DNA of 53,415 bases from Macrostomum lignano (taxonomy: Eukaryota): NCBI GenBank assembly GCA_002269645.1, contig NIVC01003551.1, forward strand, positions 38,309-91,723, read 5' to 3'. Below the pieces are notes generated by a model, which was not told the DNA's origin, searched no databases, and worked only from the letters and a program-made list of their open reading frames with translations. The translations under genes were made by a program, and so were the position numbers. Shown one piece after another: positions 29,723 to 50,569 of the stretch. Within the stretch, counting starts at the first letter, position 1. Each line of letters begins with the position of its first letter.

Positions 29723-32700
29723 TGCGAGCCCCGCCGGCTTAGAGGGGATGGGGGGGGAGCTGTGCCCAGTTCTGAGTCCGTGTGCTTTGTTTTGCCTTCA
29801 ATTTTTTAAATCATGAGCGCGTGTCAGTGAACGCACAGCTCCGCATGCGCTCCCCATGATTCTTTTCGGCCGGCGTTTTTCCTCACAGATTTTCTGTCCT
29901 TTTTTCTGCTTTTTTGTCGATGACTTCAGACTTTCTGTCCGCCGACTCCGGCCGGCAAGCGCAGCGGCGCAATGATTTCTTTGTTATAACGCGCGTTCCG
30001 CCTTTTTTCGTCGCGCGTTCCAACTGTGCCTTATTGAGCGTTGATTTTTTGCTTGCAAAGGAGACTCGGCGGTCTGTTTTCAGCTACTCAAGCAAAATGG
30101 TGCTTTTCCAGATAAAACCTGACCAGGGCAAACTTTTTCTTACTTTGTGTCGCGTTCGTTTTTCCCCGCACTGCTTTGATCCCGTGTAAACCCTCAGCGC
30201 TTTGCTGTCCTCGCGATTACTCTGCACTAACCATTTCCCCTTCGCTGTACATATCAACTCCATGACTCACCACCAGGCACCCGGCGGTGGCCCTTCTCTG
30301 TGCCAGAATTGCTGAGCACAATAAAAAATGCACAGCCAGCTTCGGCAACGCAAAATGACCGGCTCATGGTGGCTTCGTAGCTCGCCCTATCGACCTCCCA
30401 GCAGCCCATTCCCCCTCGAGTTTTTGACGCGCATGCGTACAGGCTTGTCTGGCACAAGCTGCCCTAAAAGTACTCAATGCCCGCTGTAGTCTGCGCTTTT
30501 TATACTCAGTTTTATCGCTTTTTCTTCATCGCATTAATCTCATTTGCGCTAATTTGAGTACAAGCATCGTCAAAATCGACCGTCTCACCTTACCATCACC
30601 GTAACTCTAGTCTATGTAGCTTTTTATGTGCAAGGTGTAGGACTCAGAATTAGCCCATTACATCCTTGTCTTCATCAGCCATACACACTCGAACTCAGTT
30701 TTCAGTGCCTTGGGATCGCACTTTTTATGCAAAATGCTCCAACTGTTTTTCCTCGCTTCTCTTCATCGCGCCTCATTTTACTTCCACTCGACATCTTACC
30801 GAAGCTGAGCCCAAACTGGATTCAGTTCGGGCCCATCCAAAAGCTGATAAAAATCACAATCTGTTGCATCACTTGTGCGAAAATTTAAGCCTCAAGACGG
30901 GGCAGTATTATTTTCTGAATTTGCTTGAAGTAGCTTTTTATTTTCGCTTAACATTTTTGTTTATTTCTGTGTAAAATTACGCTTTTCCGTGGAAGAAAAC
31001 TACGAGTAAAAGAATCCGAACAATCGCGTAAAATTAGAAAATATGAGCTATAAAGTGAAGGCTACAATTTTAAAGCGTAAGGCGTTCCACTTAATTTCCA
31101 AGTTTGAGAAATGTTTTCTTCCATAGAGATGAAGCGCAAAGCTGTCTGTTAGAACAACAACTTTCGATCCTCGCGTCCTTCTCAATGTTTGACACCGGAA
31201 GGAACAGCGAAAGCGGGTGAACATCGACAATATTTTATCTAAACTTCCGCGTGTTTTCGTTCCATTAATGCGGCTTTTTTTCCTGCAATCCGGCCCCCAA
31301 AATCCGGCGCTCTCGATTCGATCAAACTTTTTGTCAGCATATTTTTGGTCTTCCAACTCAGCTCCAGGCCAGAACAAAAATAAAGCTATCTGGTGAATAA
31401 TCTGCATGGATTCGATATGAAATTTCACAAAACTTCTGCGCTGTTAATCTGCCATGTCTATCGCTGTTCTGTACTTGTGGAATTTGTATTTTCCGCACTT
31501 TTTTGCAGTGCAGAATCAGGGCTGACCTGTTTGGCATTAAAATACAATCTGCAATACGGAGAGTGCAATCAAGTGGGGGGACGCAAATTTTCCTGTTTGC
31601 TCGACATTCTGAAAAGTAAAGCTTCCGGAATGAGTTCCCTTCTGAAAGTTTGTAGGCGCTCATCAAACAAATCCACGACGATGGAGCTTATGCCTGGTAC
31701 AAACCTTTCTTCAGAGAACGCAACTGGAATATTTTGTGCTTCTGGCCTTCGACAAACAATGATTTATCTCGAGAAGTTCGTCAGTCAACCTCAGACAAAG
31801 TGAATACTTCTCCATCGCCTATTCAGAAGTTCAGAAGGGTGAGAAGGCTGAAAACTTATATTTCTCGCAAATGCCTTATGCCGTAAACCCGGCCTACATT
31901 GGATTCCGCATGATTTGCCCAGTGCATTGTTCCTCTACTTCAGTTGCGCATGGCGCAGATGATTTGAATTGGAGAGTGGCTGTCAAAAAATCTTGAAGAA
32001 AGCTGCTTGATCGATTACAGTCTGTCTTCATCGAGCCAAGCAATCCCGGCCTCTGTCACTCCAAGCTGCAGCGAGGTTCCAGCCACGGTGCAGCCAGAGT
32101 GCGAAGGCTTATCTGGAACCCCCCCCCCCCCGAGCGGAGACCAGCTGGTGAAGTCAGCAGCGACCTGGCAGAGAGCCAAGCTGAACTGCAGCACTGGAGA
32201 GCCCCTTAAACAGCCCCATCTCCACAGCGCGGCCTCCCTGAGCCCCCCTAATCACTTCGTCCCCGTAGCCCGCAGGGCTGGGGGCAGGATTGAAGGGTCG
32301 CCCTTTTTCCCCTCGAGGGACTTTGGCTTGGAGGAGGCCGCAACACTGCAGGAAGGGTAGAAAAACGCCAGCGATCCACCGTTGCTGTGGCTGAAACTCG
32401 AGTGCAGCTTCCCCACCGCCCCACTCCACTCTGCCTTCCCTTCTCTGCCTCGGCCCGTTTGCAGCATTTGTTTATGCAGTCGGCCTGGCTTAGCCATCAT
32501 CCAGAGCGGCCAGGGGCAGCCTTCGGCAGTCAAGCACTCTCTTCCCTTGCCAACGCATCTACATTTCCCTCGGCATCGGCAGTAACAGCGGTTGAAGCTT
32601 GTTGTAAATCCAGGCAAAGTCCGCCCTCTCCCTTCCGCTGCCGCTGCCCAGTTGGTTCCGTTCATTCACCGCGGGATCTGCGAGGGAAAGGTCAGCTGGG

Positions 32701-33820
32701 GGAAGGGAGGCCACCGAGGCCGCGGCTGTGTCAGATTCGACTAGCGATGCTGATTTGGGTCTCGCGCAGCTACGGGAAATAAAATCCCAATATTTGGGGC
32801 AATTTTCGTGCGAACTTCTTCGTGGCCGAAACGCATTTCATTTCGCCTCGTAATGCCTACTGCTGCCGCCGAACCCTTTATCTCTTTGCGGAGGGTGGCG
32901 GGGGCTGTTTGGGCGGCAATTGCAGCTGACTGCATTTGATGCACTGGCAGGGACGGCTCTGGGTTTACAGCAACGGAAGCTGCTTAATCCGACCAGATGT
33001 TAAGCAGGAATGTTTTTCTAGGAAACGTTTCCTGTCTTTTATCGCGCGCAGCCTTCCTTCAGCTGCGATGTAGCGGCTTCTTGACAATAAAACGCGCCTT
33101 TCTATTTTCGGACAGCCAACTCTGCCGCGCAATTCTGCAAAACTTTTGCTCGTTGTTTCTAAACAAGTAGCGATCCGATTCTCAAATTCACTCCTGTTTC
33201 AAAGTGTGAAATCTCCTACTGAAATCTGATGCAGCCCGGTCGGGGCTTCAAATGTAGCTGATGCTCTCTGCTTCTCTGCTTCTCTGCGTTCTACGCGCTG
33301 TTTTGCAATCCGCAGTTTTTTTGCAACGCAGAGCCTCGGCAACTCAATCGCAGCGCGCGCCTGCAGTCCAAAACTGTCACTCACTTCAACGGATATCGTC
33401 CGAATTTGACGGCAGGCTAATTTTAGCCAACTGGTGGATGGGCGAAGCTGCCATGTCGCTGGTGGCAAATGCGTGCGGCGGCGGGCGGGGGCGGACAAAC
33501 TCTGCATCTTCTTTTTTGCAGCAGAAATGCGCAGCTGTTGCATCCTCTGGCCTTCGTTGCCCTCACTTTCTGGACTGGGACAAATCCGATCGGCCTTTCT
33601 CGGCTTCGGCTAAAGCTCTGTCAGCTACTGATGAGTAGCCTGGTGCGGAAATTTTTCTAGACCAACAGGCCAATGTTGCAATGTCTGAGAGTTTCAACTA
33701 CATGTACAAGTATATAACTATAATGTTGCTACAAAATTAGACACTTCGCAGGGCTTTTTAAAGTAATTCAAAACAAGCATCTAACTCCACCTGGGAACAA
33801 TAGAGAATACCCACCCACCC

Positions 33821-34405
33821 TCACTCCATGCTCACATCACTCCATGCTCACATCACTCCATGCTCACATCACTCCATGCTCACCTCACTCCATGCTCACA
33901 TCACTCCATGCTCACCCCACTCCATGCTCACATCACTCCATGCTCACATCACTCCATGCTCACATCACTCCATGCTCACCCCACTCCATGCTCACATCAC
34001 TCCATGCTCACATCACTCCATGCTCACATCACTCCATGCTCACATCACTCCATGCTCACATCACTCCATGCTCACATCACTCCATGCTCACATCACTCCA
34101 TGCTCACCCCACTCCATGATCACATCACTCCATGCTCACATCACTCCATGCTCACATCACTCCATGCTCACATCACTCCATGCTCACCCCACTCCATGCT
34201 CACATCACTCCATGCTCACCCCACTCCATGCTCACATCACCCCATGCTCACATCACCCCATGCTCACATCACCCCATGCTCACATCACTCCATGCTTACC
34301 CACTCCATGCTCACATCACTCCATGCTCACCCCACTCCATGCTCACATCACTCCATGCTCACCCCATTATGTGCTCACACCACTTCATGCTCACACCACT
34401 CCATA
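33821..34405 (+). repeat. 16-bp minisatellite (CCATGCTCACATCACT)n
   Basis: Direct inspection; a CCCC variant is interspersed. Confidence 0.97.
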
Positions 34406-34637
34406 TTCTCACCTCTCTAAGTTCAAACTTCAACTACATGTAATTCAAAAGAGCAAGTCAAAACTCAAGAATTTGGAATGATTTTCATACACTGCGCATC
34501 AAGTTGTTTTGTTTTATTCTGCAATGCTAGGACCCGAAAGTCGACTGCTGCTACAAGTTTTCTCTGCATTGGCAATCGGACTAGATATGAGGGATTTGCA
34601 GTAGCAGTTTAGCTTGCTAGAGTCAGTCCCGGCTTTT

Positions 34638-35183
34638 TCACTCGTCGTCTCCGCTTCGCTTGAAATCCGCGTAGCGCTTCCTAAAGTCGGCGTAACGTTT
34701 CTTGAAGTCGGCGTAGCGCTTCCTGAAGTCGGCGTAGGGCTTGTATTCAGCAGAGCGTTTGAAGTCGGCGTAGCGCTTCCTGAAGTCGGCGTAGGGCTTG
34801 TATTCAGCAGAGCGTTTGAAGTCGGCGTAGCGCTTCCTGAAATCGGCGTAGGGCTTGTATTCAGCAGAGCGTTTGAAGTCGGCATAACGCTTGAAGTCGG
34901 CGTAGCGCTTGAAGTCGGCGTAGCGCTTCCCGGCCTCGCCGGTTATCAGCGCCCCTGCGTGCCCGGACGACTCAGACAGGTGGTCTCCGTGATGGCTGCC
35001 AGAGTCTGCGGGTAATTTTCGACAGAAAAAGTGTTAGTCAGTGCAAAGCATTGATCTCATCGCACCTGAGTCGAGCCAGGTGAGCTCGAATGCGAACTCA
35101 CGAAGTGGCGAGTCGGAGCTGTGAGCCAAAGAGACTGCCGCCAGCAGTAGGGTTGCCAGGGCCAGAGATCGGATGGCAGCCAT
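34638..35183 (-). CDS. Neuropeptide precursor (161 aa) encoding YADF and SAEYKPYADF peptides; exons 35183-35066 and 35005-34638
   Basis: Signal peptide MAAIRSLALATLLLAAVSLAHS; phase-1 GT-AG intron; exon 2 reads ...EAGKR-YADF-KR-YADF-KR-YADF-KR-SAEYKPYADF-RKR-...-YADF-KR-SGDDE-stop. Confidence 0.92.
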
Positions 35184-38100
35184 GCCTCTCGTGCCCTTCT
35201 GGTTAGTTTCGGTCTGAAAAATGGAGCGGGACGACACGACAGCTTTTAGATTTTGGTTGCAGCCCCTGATAAGCCAATGGGGTCATCGATTTATAGGCAG
35301 CTGGGGAGGGAGGGGGAGGGAAGCTCGGCAGGAAGATGGCAGGAATTCGAGCCGCTTTTTCTCCCCGAGTTCAGTTGTTGGCTTTGCCTCAGCCTCCGCC
35401 CGCCATCCTGCTGCGTTTGGCACCTGCACGTTTCCTCGACCGCCTTCCGGAAAGGCATTCAGGATGAAGGAGCCCCAGCTATTGTTATCCATTAGTCAGG
35501 TTTGCTGAGAAAACAGCGGCCTTCAATTCACTTCCGCAGGCATTTTTGCCCGTAGAAAATCCAGCGGAAGCGCCAAAGACAAAGAATTTTTCAGTGAAAA
35601 AACACCCTGATGCTTCCAAGATCAGCTTTTTTAAATCTTGTGTTGTTGGAGTTATTTCTACAAGTGAATGGGATTCGGGCAAGACAATAGTTGAGAAGTG
35701 ATTTGAGATAGAACTAGGAGTAGAAATCCCACTACTCAATACTACAGAATTTGAATCTTTTTTCTCGTTTGAAGAGCCAAGCAGATCGGACTTGGGAGCG
35801 GATGCGACACTGCTAAGCAAACAAGCGGCCCGAGGAGTTCAGTTGTCGGATGGATCTCCGCAATCACGCGCTCACCTGCTTGCTGTTGCTAGGGCGGACT
35901 CGAGGCGATAGCTACGTATATCTATGAACGGATTAAACCTGCTTTTTAAGGAAATATCTGAGCAGAGCAAGCAGCAATCTGAAGCAATCTGCAGCCACAC
36001 TCCCCAGCCTCTTTAAGCAGCTGTGCCAAACACCGGGATGCGGAGGCGGCCAGTCATTGGCTCGGGGCAGCTCTGCCTCTTCACCGCTCGCAAGCAGCAT
36101 TTCTGAATACGCGTTCAGGCAGCTGGAAGGAAGAATTCAGACTTCGGGTGCTTCAAAAGCACTTGTGCTTGCAAGCTCTTGATGAGGAAGCTGCAAAGTG
36201 GAGTGCTGCGTAGGTATCGGAAAACAGAATCGATGCAGTTGCCATGTTGTGTCTGCTTAGTCGCTTTGCATCTCCGCTCAGGATAATTACTTCTCACGGC
36301 TATTCGCCATTTGATAGAGTTTAAACCTTCTGGATAAGCGCTATCGCTTATCCCAAATCCATAAGAAAACTGACAAGATTTTTTCCTCCATTGTCGCTTC
36401 ATACAATCGTTTCCAGCCTCTGCAAGCCTCAGGCAAGTTGGCATCGCCCCTGCATTTATCCATTCAGACAAACGGCCCGCAGGTCTGCCTTCAGCCTGAC
36501 AAGGAAAAAACCGTCAGCACCCCACAGGCAGCGGAGGCGAAGAGCAATCCAAAGAGTATACTTGAGCCTGTGCTCATCTTGTCTTCGCGCCGTTTCCTGG
36601 GAGCACAGTGTCACACAGGCTTCCAGCTTCAAGTGGATGGCGAGGCGAGGAAAGCCGAGAAAAAAGATACGTGCAGAAGCAACGGGCCAGAACGTTAAAG
36701 ATGCTGCGCCCTTCTGGAAGGCGTGCGCTGAAGATTGATGCAGGCGGACTCTCCAGATGGAGACGGACAGGCAAAGCGGCTCCCCTGTCCAATGAGTCGC
36801 TGAAAATCGACTGATGGTCAATAACAGCTTGGTGGATCGGAAATCTTTTCACATTTCCAAATCCATTAATCTATTGGTCAATTAGTGGCGCAAGTGAGTG
36901 GCAGAGGGGCTCATTCGACTCGATTAGGTGCGAGGCCATGCACATTCATTTGGGGCTTGTGCGCGAAAATTAGTCAGGGGTTTGTCTAGCCAGACAAATA
37001 GGCAACGGGTTTACGGCACTTCAGATCACATTGCCACCCCAATGTGATCAATGATGGACATTGATGGACAATGTTTGATAAGATCCCCTGGGCGAAACGT
37101 TGAAAGAATCATTCCTCGGCAAACTTTAACCCCAGGAACTCCGGGTCCTGGTTCGGCTTCTGATATAGGCCAGAGTCACATGCATGCCAAACGTTGGCTG
37201 CACCATTTTTCATTCATCATCAGTGTAAAAAACTGTCGTCTCCTTCTTCAAACTCGGGATCTCTATCGGGATTCGGGATCAAAATACTCCACTTGAGACA
37301 TAATGACGATGAATATAGTTCACAAAAACTAAAAATGATGCTAAGTACAGTAGAAGCTGGCTAACTTAGAGCCAGAGAAGCTATACAAATATGCTCGTAC
37401 AATCCAAAAGTCTGAAAGACTGACAGATGAAATTGTTGATGGCCTGCAGAGCGTGAACTTATCATCGACGGGTTCGATCAATCCATCAATCAATCTGCTG
37501 TACTGCACTGACCTGGACATACTCAGTGAGGACCCAGAAGAGCTGCAGAAATACCATGACAATTTGTGCCATACCTGAATTCTGTCAGAATCCCAAGCTG
37601 GAGATTAACATTAAGAAAGCAGAGGTGACCAGTTGTGACGCAAAAACCCCAAGAAGAAAGCAGGCTCTTCATTCAACGCCAGCTAGTGGATTCGTGCCTA
37701 AGATTTCATCTAATCATGAACTCCATCATCTCGGAGACTACTCAGACTAGTTGTGGACACAGTTTACTGTGAGGCTAACAATCACAGATAAAATGAATGC
37801 AAAGCTGTAAGCATGGACGTGTATAGCGAAATCAATCAGAACCTACAAAGACACTGAAGACAAAGAGTAGAGAACTCAAAGCCAAGTGTCACTTTTACCA
37901 CAGCTCCAAATACTCGTAGTACTATTCAACCGAAATTATGTCCAAAGTGCCATGTGGGGGTAGAAGTTGAAGTTCAGTTCCTGTTTAAATGTGTGTAGTT
38001 GGAACTTTTATAGTGCTTCCGTGATCAATTTGAGCAGAAACTAGAAACAAGAAAGAAACACAATGGGGGGTATCTGGAAGCGAGAATTCATGGTATTGGC

Positions 38101-38964
38101 CATAGACACGAGCGGACATCGCGGCTATCGTGTCTATGCCATTACCATGAATTCTCACTTCCAGATACCTTCATTGGTCAATTGGTCCATCAGGATCCGA
38201 GTGGGAAGGGGGAATGGGGGTGTGGGGGCGAAGCCCCCCACTTACAACCATAGACTATTTTATTTTACGCTCATAGACTCGTTCGTTTTCTAAAATGATA
38301 TCCTGGTAAATTGCTTTATTGTCAATTTCAAACAATGACCGGTTATTGCTTGAAGGTCATTGCCTTAACGTAAATTACCATAGACATTTTGAACAATGGG
38401 AATTCTAGCAAAATTAATCAAAAGTTATGACGCAATCTAGAATACCATTGTCCTGTGCTTCATCAGGGACAGCTAAAACTGGACAGAAAAAAACAACTGG
38501 TATGCTCGGTTTGCGAATGAGATTTTAAGCCAGTATTCATTTTATTTTTTCTTTCACTGTATTAACAAGTTCAAATTAATCTAATAAAATAATCTAATAA
38601 AAAAATCAGCACCCTCTACGTGTGTTAAGTATGGAGGCTAAATCCTTTACTTGTTTAATTTAGATTAATTAAGAATTTAATTTTTTGCTTTCGCAGAAAT
38701 TCTTAGTACACTTTAAAAATTACCTGCTTCCTGTGGTGAAAATGCAGATTTTACTCCGATTCTTCTGTTTGAAAAATTCAATTCAATTTTTTATTTCAAT
38801 TCGATTGTCTCTGAGAATTGTTTTTTTCAAATAAAATTTAAAGCAGTAGCTCACTCAAAATTATTATGAGAGGTATAAACCAACTAGAGCTGGATTTTAA
38901 GTTATTAGCACTGGATGCTCGCGTTTCTCTATTGTAAAACCACTGCCTGCGCGTGGGCGGAGGG

Positions 38965-39745
38965 GTTTTAGATGTGGGTACGGTCTGGGACGGATAGATT
39001 CTGGGATTGGGGTCTGGGGCGGATAGATGCTGGGGGATCGGGGTCTGGGACGGATAGATTCTGTGAGCAGATGGGGTTGGGGGTGGATGGGGTCGAGGGC
39101 GGATGGGGTCGGGGGCGGATGGGGTCGAGGGCGGATGGGGTTGGGGGCGGATGGGGTCGGGGGTGGATGGGGTTGGGGGCGGATGGGGTCTGGGGTGGAT
39201 GGGGTTGGGGGCGGATGGGGTCTGGGACGGATAGATTCTCTGAGATCGGGATCTGGGGCGGATAGATTCTGGGAGATCGGGGTCTGGGGCGGATAGATGC
39301 TGGGGGATCGGGGTCTGGGGCGGATAGATTCTGGGAGATCGGGATCTGGGGCGGATAGATTCTGGGAGATCGGGGTCTGGGGCGGATAGATTCTGGGATA
39401 TCGGGGTCTGGGGCGGATAGATTCTGGGAGATCGGGATCTGGGGCGGATAGAGTCTGGGGGAGGGGTCGGTGTCTGTGAGCAGATGGGTTGGGGGCGGAT
39501 GGGGTCGGGGACGGATGGGGTCGAGGGCGGATGGGGTCGAGGGCGGATGGGGTTGCGGGCGGATGGGGTCGGCGGCGGATGGGGTCGAGGGCGGATGGGG
39601 TCGAGGGCGGATGGGGTCGAGTGCGGATGGGGTCGAGGGCAGATGGGGTCGAGGGCAGATGGGGTCGAGGGCAGATGGGGTTGCGGGCGGATGGGGTCGG
39701 CGGCGGATGGGGTCGTGGGCGGATGGGGTCGGGGCCGGATGGGTG
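38965..39745 (+). repeat. G-rich degenerate minisatellite (GGGCGGATGGGGTC / GGATAGATTCTGGGA units)
   Basis: Two interleaved unit families of ~16-30 bp. Confidence 0.93.
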
Positions 39746-41765
39746 CGGGGGCGGTTTAAAAGAGCGGATAAACCAAGGCCATTGTTGACTCGCGGGGCAG
39801 ACTGGGCCAACTAAGGACCTTATGTTGTCTTCTCTTGAGCTTCTCTGCCTAATTAGTTTGTTGTTGAATGGCAAGCAAGCAATTCAATTTCCCTGAAAGT
39901 TCCAAGCAGTCTGTCTGCGCATGCCAACTGCACGCCAGTCTACAATTATTTTTTATTCTCATCTGACTAAAAGCAGTAGCCATTTCATTCAAGATTTCGA
40001 GTCTTAATTAGACCCAGCGATTAAAAAAATGAGACTTGGCTTTTTGAAAAAGCCGAAAAGCGTGGGTAGACTGAGGCATGAGGAATTCATGCTGCAGCCA
40101 ATAGCCATGCATGCCACATACATGAAGCCTCCGACTCCACACTCAGACACTATATCTCACAAACATAATAAGCTTTATATCCTTACTGGCCTACTTTAAG
40201 TACCTCTGTAGGCCAGAGCCTCCATCGCTCCATTTTTCAGAAATGCAGCAACTACTGATTTGCGTTTTCGTGCAAAGACTGCAAGACAGTTAGTTAATCT
40301 TGAGCTTGTTTGACGTTTTATGCTGGAGTAGAATCAGTGGCCAAAGGTCAATCAAAGGCTTGTTAACCAAATTTCAAGAAGCATTCGTCTCATTAAGCTT
40401 CTGCTGTTGATCAGCTTATCAGCTGGGCCCTGTCATGTAGAAGTTTCTGCTTATACAAGGAATGCGGCAAAAAATGTTTTTAGACAAGTTTTTGTAAAAG
40501 ATATGCTTTTGTAAACTTCTTCGCTTTGCCATTTTGTTTAGTAGGGCTCGGAATTCGGTAGCCAACTGCTCGTGATGTCTGAGGATAATTCATATTTAGC
40601 TCCGCGACTTCGCGTAGAGTCAGGAGGATTCAAGAGTCAAAGTACATTCCGTTCTCTAACTTCGATTTGGGACAAGCTACAACTACTATAGTAAAATCTG
40701 CATTGAAGTCTGCACGGCGCTGCTCTCTTGCCCAACCGTCTGATATGATATCAAATAGCAATAATCGGCGCTATTTTGAGGACTCATTGCCAACGTCAGC
40801 ATATCAAAATACTATCAAACATGTACATGTATAAGCACATACGGAGAATTTTTCATGTTTGTTTCTTCCGTAACCAAAGGATATTGCAAGGAAAAATATG
40901 GGTGCACGTGACGTTTCTGATATGTTTGCTGCACCGAAGCCAGAGAAGGAGAGAGACACCAAGATGGCCTGAGAATGTCACTTAGTGGTGTCAGGTCTGA
41001 GATAAGTCCAACTTCTCACCCAGATTTTCTCAGCTCAAATAATCACAGATTGTGTGGCTAAGTAAATGTAAAATAGACTCCAGCTCACCTGTACCCCGCA
41101 ATGTACAATGCGCAAACTCTGCGCATTCTTGTCCATATTTAGGCCAATCAGCCCACGGTCCCCCTTGCCAATTTCCCTGTTCACAACCTCCCATGCACTC
41201 CCATATATAAGTGGCGCTTCTTGTCAAATGTAATGTTGAGTCATCGGAATTCCTCAAATATAAAACAGTCGCTTCGGATTCTACTGGGACAGGCAAGGAT
41301 TTCTCTTATAGCGATATAGCGACTAACAACAGGTAACAATTCAAGCCCATGAGGCACAGATAGTGTTACATGCGTGACGATTCAAGAAAGTCAGGGCCGC
41401 TGTACACCCTGTGTGAGCGTGTGTATGAGTGCTGTGCCTGAGTACAGTATTGGCTCTCTTGTGTGCTCAGGAGCCCGCTGAATGGGCAGAATAGCCGTCA
41501 GCGCTGCATGTGGGACCATGTGGCCGAAGGCGTTGCGCCAGGGTGCCCACAGCCTTCTGCAGTTATTGATTTATTTACCATCTCCGTACCAACCGACTGC
41601 CATCAGCAAGACGCCGGAACAGTCGGCCAGAAACCAGATTTTAGGGAGCACTGCGAAGGTTTCTAGTGGACTGGTCCGACTGGGTATCCATGGCAGTCGG
41701 TTTTGGTCCATTCCCGGCGCTAAGGCTGACAGTCCCTGTTCTCATTCGCCAGACTCCACAGCCGC

Positions 41766-48482
<6,717 letters not shown>

Positions 48483-50339
48483 CTCCCTGCCAAGTTCTGG
48501 GCTTGAACTGACACTGATTCTCGATTGCTTGTCTTCACCAGCCCTGAATGTCCTAAACTCAAAATTGATATTGCTTGTGTTAGTTAAGTCGGGAATTTCA
48601 AGTCTGTGGTCCCTTCTCTGACGGGTGATTCCGATTGAAATGGTCTGGTTTAGCGACCCGCTATTTTCTTCAGCCGAGCCATAAGCTATAGGAGACACTC
48701 AAAAAAGTTACCAAAAAGCCAATAATGGCCATAGAAACTCTCAGGTAAAAGCTCTTCTCTTTTGGTAAGCCAAAAGTTTACAGTCTCAATAAAACAATGC
48801 CCTGTGGTTGTTGATTCTGACGCAGAAATGCTAGCAGCAGCCTCTCTCTCGTATTAGTGGCCAATTATAAACTTAACCAGTTGGTCCATACCATTGCAAC
48901 ACAGATTTTTATGCTTTCTTTTGATCGCTCGAATCCGTTTTTGTCGAATAATTAATTACACATTTATTTTAGTTTATTCTGTTAGAGTGTTGCTCAAGTA
49001 AAGCTATGCTATTTTTTTCATTTTTTTGTAAATACGTCCGATTGTATTCGAAACTTCCTAACAGGCTAAATTAATAATGGAATTAGTTTTTATGTTCCCA
49101 CATTACTGGGTCGTTACGTGTGTTAGCAACCATGCGCCATCGGTAACTCCAGCTGGCAGGCAACATCAACTACCCTCAGCCGGTACAGAAGGCGCTGACG
49201 CTGCAGGCACCCAACCATGTGACGCTGCTGTCTTTAAGAACTCTCTATGACAGCGTATTTTTGTTACTATTGTTACTGTTGTTACATGCTGAAGAGAACA
49301 GTTTGCATTTGCTTAAATACATACATGTTTAAGAAACTAATGTGATTGCCGAAATTAACTTAATGACATGTCATGAAGGGGAAACCTGCGTCAAATTTCA
49401 TGATTCCATGCAGTGCTGCTAAACTTCCCAGCGAAGGCCGTATTGAGGAATGAGTGGTACGAATGAGCCGTAACAGGTCCCCGAATCGAGAACGACCTAC
49501 GCACGAGTGCTTATATGTAGGTACTTGTTGGTCCGCCTCTCACCAAAGTCCCAATTACAAATTGAGAGAGCATGTTGAAGCTGTCATTGGGCCTGCGCAC
49601 CTCTTTCGTTTACTTTTTCCTGAAATACTAAATAGTCCAATTGTCCAATGGTCCACGCAATCATGAAGAGACAAAATTATACAACAGTAAGAATCTATGT
49701 ATAGGTTTTTATTTTTTCAGTATTATTAATATTAGCGTGAGCGAGTTTTACAGGTACTTCTCTATACAATGCATACAACAGTAAATAACGCAGGGTCAAC
49801 TGAAGTCACATGGAATACCGCACCGTGCCCACCTGTACTTCTATAGTCAGAAGTTTACAGCAGATCGCACGCCAGACTGAATATCTCAGAGACAAGCTAG
49901 CTGCACCTCATGTGGCAATTCAGGCAACTGAAAATTGCAGCAGTCATCGACGGTATCTCGATAGTCTAGGATGTCGTCTGCAGCACCTGCTCTGACATCG
50001 GCGGTTTCGGCAGCGGCTGTCAGCGAATTCGCCTTGTCCTGCATCTCCGCCAACTGGCATCCCGTGATCAATGACAGAATTGTCGATTGCAGATAGCGAT
50101 TGTTAAAATTTCTGCCAACCTACCGCCAGGTCCGAGGCAATCAACTCAGCTGCATCAGTCAACAGGTTGTTGGTAGTGTGCCCGAACCAAGTGAGCTGAG
50201 TGATGTAGCCACAGATTCGAGCACAGTTTCCTGCACGATTGGCCACCAATTTTCAAGCTTGAATTTCTCGTCGCTGATAAATAGCTGATAGATAGAAACT
50301 GTTGGGCAGAGGGCTGCTGATTTGAAAGCGAGTAGCTTA

Positions 50340-50569
50340 ATGGGTAGCGGCTGTCCATGCTGATAGATTTGTGTTGTCTTTGGTGTTGATGAGCTCGCGC
50401 GAATGCATTGGTGAGTGGGACATGGGTAGCGGCTGTCCATGCTGATAGATTTGTGTTGTCTTTGGTGTTGCTGAGCTCGCGCGAATGGATTGGTGAGTGG
50501 GACATGGGTAGCGGCTGTCCATGCTGATAGATTTGTGTTGTCTTTGGTGTTGATGAGCTCGCGCGAATG
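50340..50569 (+). repeat. 82-bp tandem repeat, ~2.8 copies
   Basis: TGGGTAGCGGCTGTCC starts at 50341, 50423 and 50505. Confidence 0.93.

Noticed and set aside
32000-33660. Cluster of GC-rich ORFs
   Set aside because: No recognisable domain and no phase-consistent exon chain could be built.
33828-34481. His-rich ORFs
   Set aside because: Translations of the 16-bp minisatellite.
34514-35015. Thr/Pro/Ser repeat ORF (minus) and EVGVAL repeat ORF (plus)
   Set aside because: Wrong-frame and antisense readings of the YADF precursor exon.
38897-39874. Pro-rich or Gly-rich 280-325 aa ORFs
   Set aside because: All frames are open because the G-rich repeat lacks stops; no coding signature.
41030-41296. 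Cys/Trp-rich minus-strand ORF (WECMGGCEQGNWQGGPWADW)
   Set aside because: Looks protein-like, but no family or partner exon could be identified; not supported enough to call.
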